Assembly: GCF_009914755.1 (NCBI RefSeq)
Contig: NC_060942.1
From: the human T2T-CHM13v2.0 reference genome, Homo sapiens
Strand: one strand, 5' to 3'
Length of the DNA: 64,000 nucleotides
The position numbers and the translations under genes are program-made. Positions 58,111 to 64,000 of the stretch are shown here, piece after piece; the first letter of the stretch is position 1, and every line of letters starts with the position of its first letter. Under the pieces are notes generated by a model, which saw nothing but the letters and a program-made list of their open reading frames with translations, was not told the DNA's origin and ran no database searches.

Positions 58111-58524
58111 TAGTGTGGAATATAAGTGACTAGTGCTCTACGAAAAAATTGTGGATGTGCATTCGAGGAGAGTTGACTGTGATCACATAATGCCTTCTAA
58201 TATTGTGCCCACTGACAACAACTTCACTGACTCTTGGTTAAACTGACTCCTTAAGCTTCCCCAATCAAGAAGGCCCCTTTCATCCCTTTCATTACATTGC
58301 TTATTCATTAAGCCAAACACATACAGATTGCATTTCCTATTCCTATTCCTATTCCTATTCTTATGTACCTGCTTGAATCCTACTCATTCTTCTCCATTCT
58401 TCAAGGCACAGATCAAGACCTATTTTCCATAGGAAGTCTGCTTTGAACTTCATGCTAAAATGTTTCCATGGATTTGTTAATGTCCCACTTCCCTTTGGAT
58501 CTCCAGCATACTATTTCCATATAA

Positions 58525-58855
<331 letters not shown>

Positions 58856-60907
58856 GTTTTATGTGTCATTTTTATCTGCCCAGGCAGCATGCAGGCTCAT
58901 AAAAGAAGACATGGGGACAACTCTAGCTTTAAAGACTGGAAATTTGACTTTTGGTGCTGACTCTGCCATTAGCTAATGAGGAAGCTGTTTTAATCTATAA
59001 ATGGGAATTGCCTTTCTTAAACTGATGGGGTTAAGAAGGCACTCTGCTGTATATCTTACATTTCTTTGCAGTTGTCCATAGCATTTCATTTAGCATACTG
59101 TTACACACAGAATATGTTCTTAATATATGCTTTTTGTTGATTGGTAAAATGTGGAATGAGATTTATAAACTGGAATCCTATAATGCACGCAAAGTTAGGA
59201 TTGACTAAAGTGCAGAAAGTTTGTCTATGGGGAAGACTGAGCTGGCCCAAAAATGTTCTAGTTAGTTTAGTGATATTTTTATTACTAATAATCACTTAAA
59301 GTCATAATAAATATAACTATTCCTTTCATAAGCTTGATTGTAATCCATTAAGCTTTGAAGTTCATAAAGATGCTATTGCATTTTTGCCAACAGATTTATG
59401 TTAAGTTGGTAAGATAAATGGATATTCTAGATCAAAATATATGTCATATCAAAATCTGACCACAGTGGGGGACACTACAAAGTAACAGGAAAAACAATAT
59501 GGATAATTTGATAATGTGGATAGGAACACTGTCATATTTTCCAAAAATTGAAAAAACAAATAGAGAATTTCTTGATAGTTGTAGCTTTGGAAATTTCTAA
59601 GGTTGCTTGAAAGGGTACCAATAGCTGCTCATTTGACCTTTGATTCACTAAAGCTACCCATCAGGATTGGGAAAGTTTACCTTCTGTTGTCTGTCCTCTA
59701 TTGAGAGTGTGCATCTTTCTTTCAACTATACACTTTAGCAAGCTAAATATTATCATTGCATGTCAAAGAAGATTGGTGGGGCTTGTTTCAGGATGGAAGA
59801 GTCTCATTCCAAACTATTCTTGCTTGGATTTTCCCCTTGCTCTGTTAGGAAGCTACACACCATTTTTGATTGTTTAGGCCCATGTGATGTGTGCAGCAAA
59901 CGAGAGGTGACTTCTTATCTATAAGCAGAAGCTGCCTGATAAACAGCAGGGATGAATAATTTATAAGGTAGCAGTATGGCAAGTGGCATTTCACACTTCT
60001 TTCCATGTAAAATGTCACATGAATTCCAAACAGGCTAAACAGTTTAGTAGGAAACAGAAACCTAATATTGCTAGCAAGAGAAGGGAAAGAGAGGGTCTAT
60101 AATGTGGCAATTATGATATTACTCAAAAAGAATTCTGATCCAAATATTGTTCTCCATTGATTAAATGTGAAAGCAAATTACAGTTTCTCAAATCAATATT
60201 AGGAAATAATTATTATACACATGGAAATAGCATCCGTAAGGCAAATACACTTGGGTTTTATTCCACTCAATTTCAGTCAACTTACAGTAAATGAATCCTG
60301 AAAAACTGTATTTTTCATTTTCTAATCATGCAGTTAGCCCTCCATTAAAAAAGAGCTAAAAAATGGGGTTTGATAGATTATTATGCATCATATTGCATAG
60401 TTAACATTAGTCCACTTAATCAGAAAATCCAATCAAATTGGTTCTCTGAATTGGAATCATCAAGCCATTAGCAGCTCTTTATTACTAAAGATGGTTAGTA
60501 AAATTAAACTGAAACCATAGAAGCTCAAACTTGAAAGTAAGATTGCATTTTTATTCCATTTGATAATTAATATTTAGTAAGTTGATATTTTGGAAAGCTA
60601 AAAATTTAGAGTTACCTTATTGAATTCTTGACATTGTTACTTAATCTTGCTTATAGTGATATAACATTTTTGAAATATATTTTAAAAACCTAGATTCCTC
60701 AAAGAAATCTGTTAAATACCTTTATATATAAAATATATAGGGAACATTCTGGGGTATAGAAAAATATACGATTGCTTTTGTCTTTAAGGACCTATCTCTG
60801 GATCTGGGTGGAGGGAGGTCACTGATGAATACATAAAAGAATTAGAGATAAGGAAATGAGTTATTGTCTGGTGCTAACCATTACTCAATAGAAATTCAGA
60901 GAGAAGC

Positions 60908-61256
60908 AGCCAGGCGTGCTGGCTCACGCCTGTAATCCCAGCACTTTGGGAGGCCGAGGCGGATGGATCACAAGGTCAGGAGATCAAGACCATCCTGGCT
61001 AACACAGTAAAACCCCATCTCTCCCAAAACTACAAAAAAAAACAAAACAAACAGACAAAAAAAAACAAATATTAGCCAGGCGTGGTGGCGGGCGCCTGTA
61101 GTCCCAGCTACCCGGGAGGCTGAGGTGAGAGAATGGTGTAAACCCGGGAGGCGGAGCTTGCCGGGAGGCGGAGCTTGCCGTGAGCCGAGATCGCACCACT
61201 GCACTCCAGCCTGGGCGACAGAGCGAGACTCCGTATCAGGAAAAAAAAAAAAGAAA
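60908..61256 (+). mobile_element. AluY-like with expanded linker and 17-bp internal tandem duplication
   Basis: GAGATCAAGACCATCCTGGCTAACAC; TSD AAA(T/G)TCAGAGAGAAGCA; CCGGGAGGCGGAGCTTG x2 at 61144-61177. Confidence 0.95.
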
Positions 61257-62176
61257 GTCAGAGAGAAGCAAGATCAGGCAGCTCTGGAACAGTCATGGAA
61301 GACTTGCTAAATAACCAGAAATTTGTGATTTTTCTCAACTCTTTCTTTTCCCTCACCAGTTGACCAATAATTTCATATGACCTTGCTGGCCAAATAATTC
61401 TTCTGTTTCCATCTCCTTATTTCTTCTCCCACCATCCTGAAATATGGAAGTACAGTTCTAAAGAATGGCCCTGAAACTGATCAGGAATTCTTCATGCATC
61501 TCAGTGCTCTTTCTTGGGCAGTCTTCCTAAATATTTCCCACATGTACAAAGAGCACCTCTCAATCTAGCTCTTTAGTGCAATGCACAAAATCCTTGTTGA
61601 GGGGTGCCTGCCTTGTCCATGTTCACAGAGTCAGTAAGTGGTAGAGCCAGGACTCATGTCCATGTGGTTTGCTTCCAAAGCATATGTGTTTGTCTAAAAT
61701 ACCATATTGTAATCATACATGGATTTGTCTGCCTCCCATGAGACTGTAAGTTCCTTGAGGACAACTGAACTATGTCTTACTCATTTTCTATCTTCAGTGT
61801 CATGCCCTCCTAAGATACTCAGAAACTACATGTTACATAATTTTTGGAAAACTTGCATTTTGAAGATTGCAATGGTGGAAGACCTCATCAGGAGAACAGA
61901 GCCTGTGCCAGCTATAATGAGAGGTGATATTTAATAGGGAGGATTAGCTGCAGAAGTCTTGAAAAAGCTAAACAGATAAAAAAAGGGACAGGAAGGTGAC
62001 CAAAAGTCAGCATCAACAGAAAACGGGACCAACCTTAGGGCTGGGGCACAAGGGGAATATGGGGTTACCAGAGCCAAGGAGACAGAGCTACCTGTGGTGA
62101 GCTATGATCACAGAAGGATAGACTGTCAGGAAGAAGCAGGAGAAATGAAGATACAGGTAATTCCAGAGATAGAGAC

Positions 62177-62553
62177 TGATATGGTTTGATTCTGTGTCCC
62201 CACTCAAATCTCATCTTGAATCGTAATCTGAATTTTAATCCCCAGAGGTAGAGAGAGGGACCCGGTGGGAGGTGATTGGATCATGGGGGCGGTTTTCCCC
62301 ATGCTGTTCTCATGATAGTGGGTAAGTCTCATTAGATCTGATGGTTTTACAAAGGGCAGTTTCCCATGCTCACTCCTCTCTGTCTGCTGCCACCTTGTGA
62401 AGAAGGTGCTTGCTTCTACTTTGCCTTCTGCCATGATCGTAAGTTTCCTGAGGCCTCCCCAGCCATGCTGAACTGTGAGTCAATTAAGCCTCTTTCCTTT
62501 ATAAACTATCCAGTCTCAGGTAGTATATAGCAGTGTGAAAATGGACTAATACA
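62177..62553 (+). mobile_element. THE1D/MSTA-like MaLR solo LTR
   Basis: TGATATGGTTTG...ATGGACTAATACA with 5-bp TSD GAGAC. Confidence 0.93.
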
Positions 62554-62720
62554 GAGACAGTGCAAACACACATGCTGGTTTTTTCTTTCTTCCACTGCTC
62601 TCTAGGCTCTCTGTTGGCTAAACCCAAGGGAAAGCCACTTGTCAAAGTAGCCTGAGAAATGTCATTTGCAGAATTAAGGAGTGGGGAAAAGGCAGGAAAT
62701 GAGTTGTCCTGGATTGTGCC

Positions 62721-63078
62721 TGTATTAGTCCATTTTCACATTGCTGATAAAGACATACCCAAGACTGGATGATTTACAAAAGAAAGAGAGGTTTAGTGGA
62801 CTTACAGTTCCATGTGGCTGGGGAGGCCTCACAATTACGGTGGAAGGCAAGGAGGAGCAAGTCGCGTCTTATATGGATGGCAGCAAGGAAAAAGAGAGAG
62901 CTTGTGCAGGGAAACTCCACCTTATAAAACCATCAGATCTCATGAGACTTATTCACTATTACAAGAACAGCATGGGAAAGACCTGCCCTCATGTTTCAAT
63001 TACCTCCCACCAGGTCCCTCTTACAACCTGTGGTAATTCAAGATGAGATTTGGGTGGGGACACAGCCAAACCATATCA
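62721..63078 (-). mobile_element. THE1 (THE1B/C-like) MaLR solo LTR
   Basis: TGTATTAGTCC...GGGACACAGCCAAACCATATCA with 5-bp TSD GTGCC. Confidence 0.93.
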
Positions 63079-63669
63079 GTGCCTGTTTCCAGACAGGCAC
63101 ACAATAGGCAGAGGGGAAAATACTTAAGGGGCAAATAGTGGGCTCAAAGACATGGATGGAAACATGCATTTGGGAGAATAGAGGCATATGTTTCAATAGG
63201 CAGGGAGAGGCCAATTTTGGAGCTATCTTTAAACCTAACCTAGGTGGAAAAGTTTATAGCCAATATCACTAAGTGTTTGGGAACAGAAAGCATTAAGTGA
63301 GCTTTTTAGTAGAATATGAAAATATCATGGCTACAATAGACACTAGAGGCAAATTAGAATAGTTGCCAAGCACAGAATAAAATTCTAAGAATCAAATAAT
63401 AGAAAGTTGTGATATAATCTCTCACAACCTCATTCTTCTAAAGAGGCATTTTCTGAACTTACTTGATAATAAAATTCTCCTGGTGTTCCTGTTAAGCATG
63501 CAGACACACACCTACAATATCAGTCCTCCAGAAAAGAGTTTCTGTAATCTGTGCTACTATCAATAGTGCTAATGGTGATTTTTATGATCAGGCAAATTGA
63601 GGAAATGTTACCCGAAAGGGTTTATGTGAGAAAAATACCTGCTTTTTTCAATTGATCAGTATGTGCCAC

Positions 63670-64000
63670 TAGCGATCACTTGCAGGACTTGGTGCAGAAT
63701 GAAAATGTGGGGCCCCTTGCTCAAGTATTCAGAAAGTGATGTGATAATTGTACTGAAATATGAAGCTTCTTCCTTTCCTCTGCAGTCTCTCTTTATGTGT
63801 CATGGTATTTTTTATTTGCTTTTCGATGTTATAAGTAAAAAATAAAAATGTAAATTATCTGCCTGAATTGTATCATTCATCTTTATATTGTACAATGCCA
63901 GTTTTAAATGCAAATATTAGAGCATTTAGCTTGTGTGTGGAATCACTGACATGACACCATTTATGTTTCATAGCTTACACGTGTGTATGTATTTCTTTCC
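63670..64000. mobile_element. MER45-like hAT-Tip100 DNA transposon fragment
   Basis: GGTGCAGAATGAAAATGTGGGGCCCCTTGCTCAA and AATGCCAGTTTTAAATGCAAATATTAGAGCATTTA resemble recalled MER45-family sequence. Confidence 0.6.

Overview
Primate (most likely human) non-coding genomic DNA, intergenic or deep intronic. I can support no intact protein-coding gene. The listed ORFs are Alu, L1, LTR or tandem-repeat read-throughs, or short random frames. The only gene-derived sequence I recognise is an old, disabled processed pseudogene of RPL12 (~45167-45777, +). The rest is dominated by transposon relics: 16 Alu copies or fragments, several L1s (including a young L1PA2-type 3' end), L2/MIR, MaLR LTRs (THE1/MST/MLT1), ERV solo LTRs (LTR12, LTR8, LTR8A, LTR26, LTR40, MER21, MER66-like, MER67) and DNA-transposon relics (MADE1, MER2, MER5, MER58, MER45-like). 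The most notable observations are (i) a ~1.5-kb AT-rich minisatellite that expanded inside the linker of an AluJ, (ii) a solo LTR12 with 11 CCAAT boxes whose poly(A) signal appears converted to TATAAA, and (iii) a decayed ~20-bp tandem array at ~20.84-21.13 kb that I cannot assign to a known repeat. Subfamily names come from recalled consensus sequences and need RepeatMasker/Dfam confirmation. I found no convincing novel multi-gene system.
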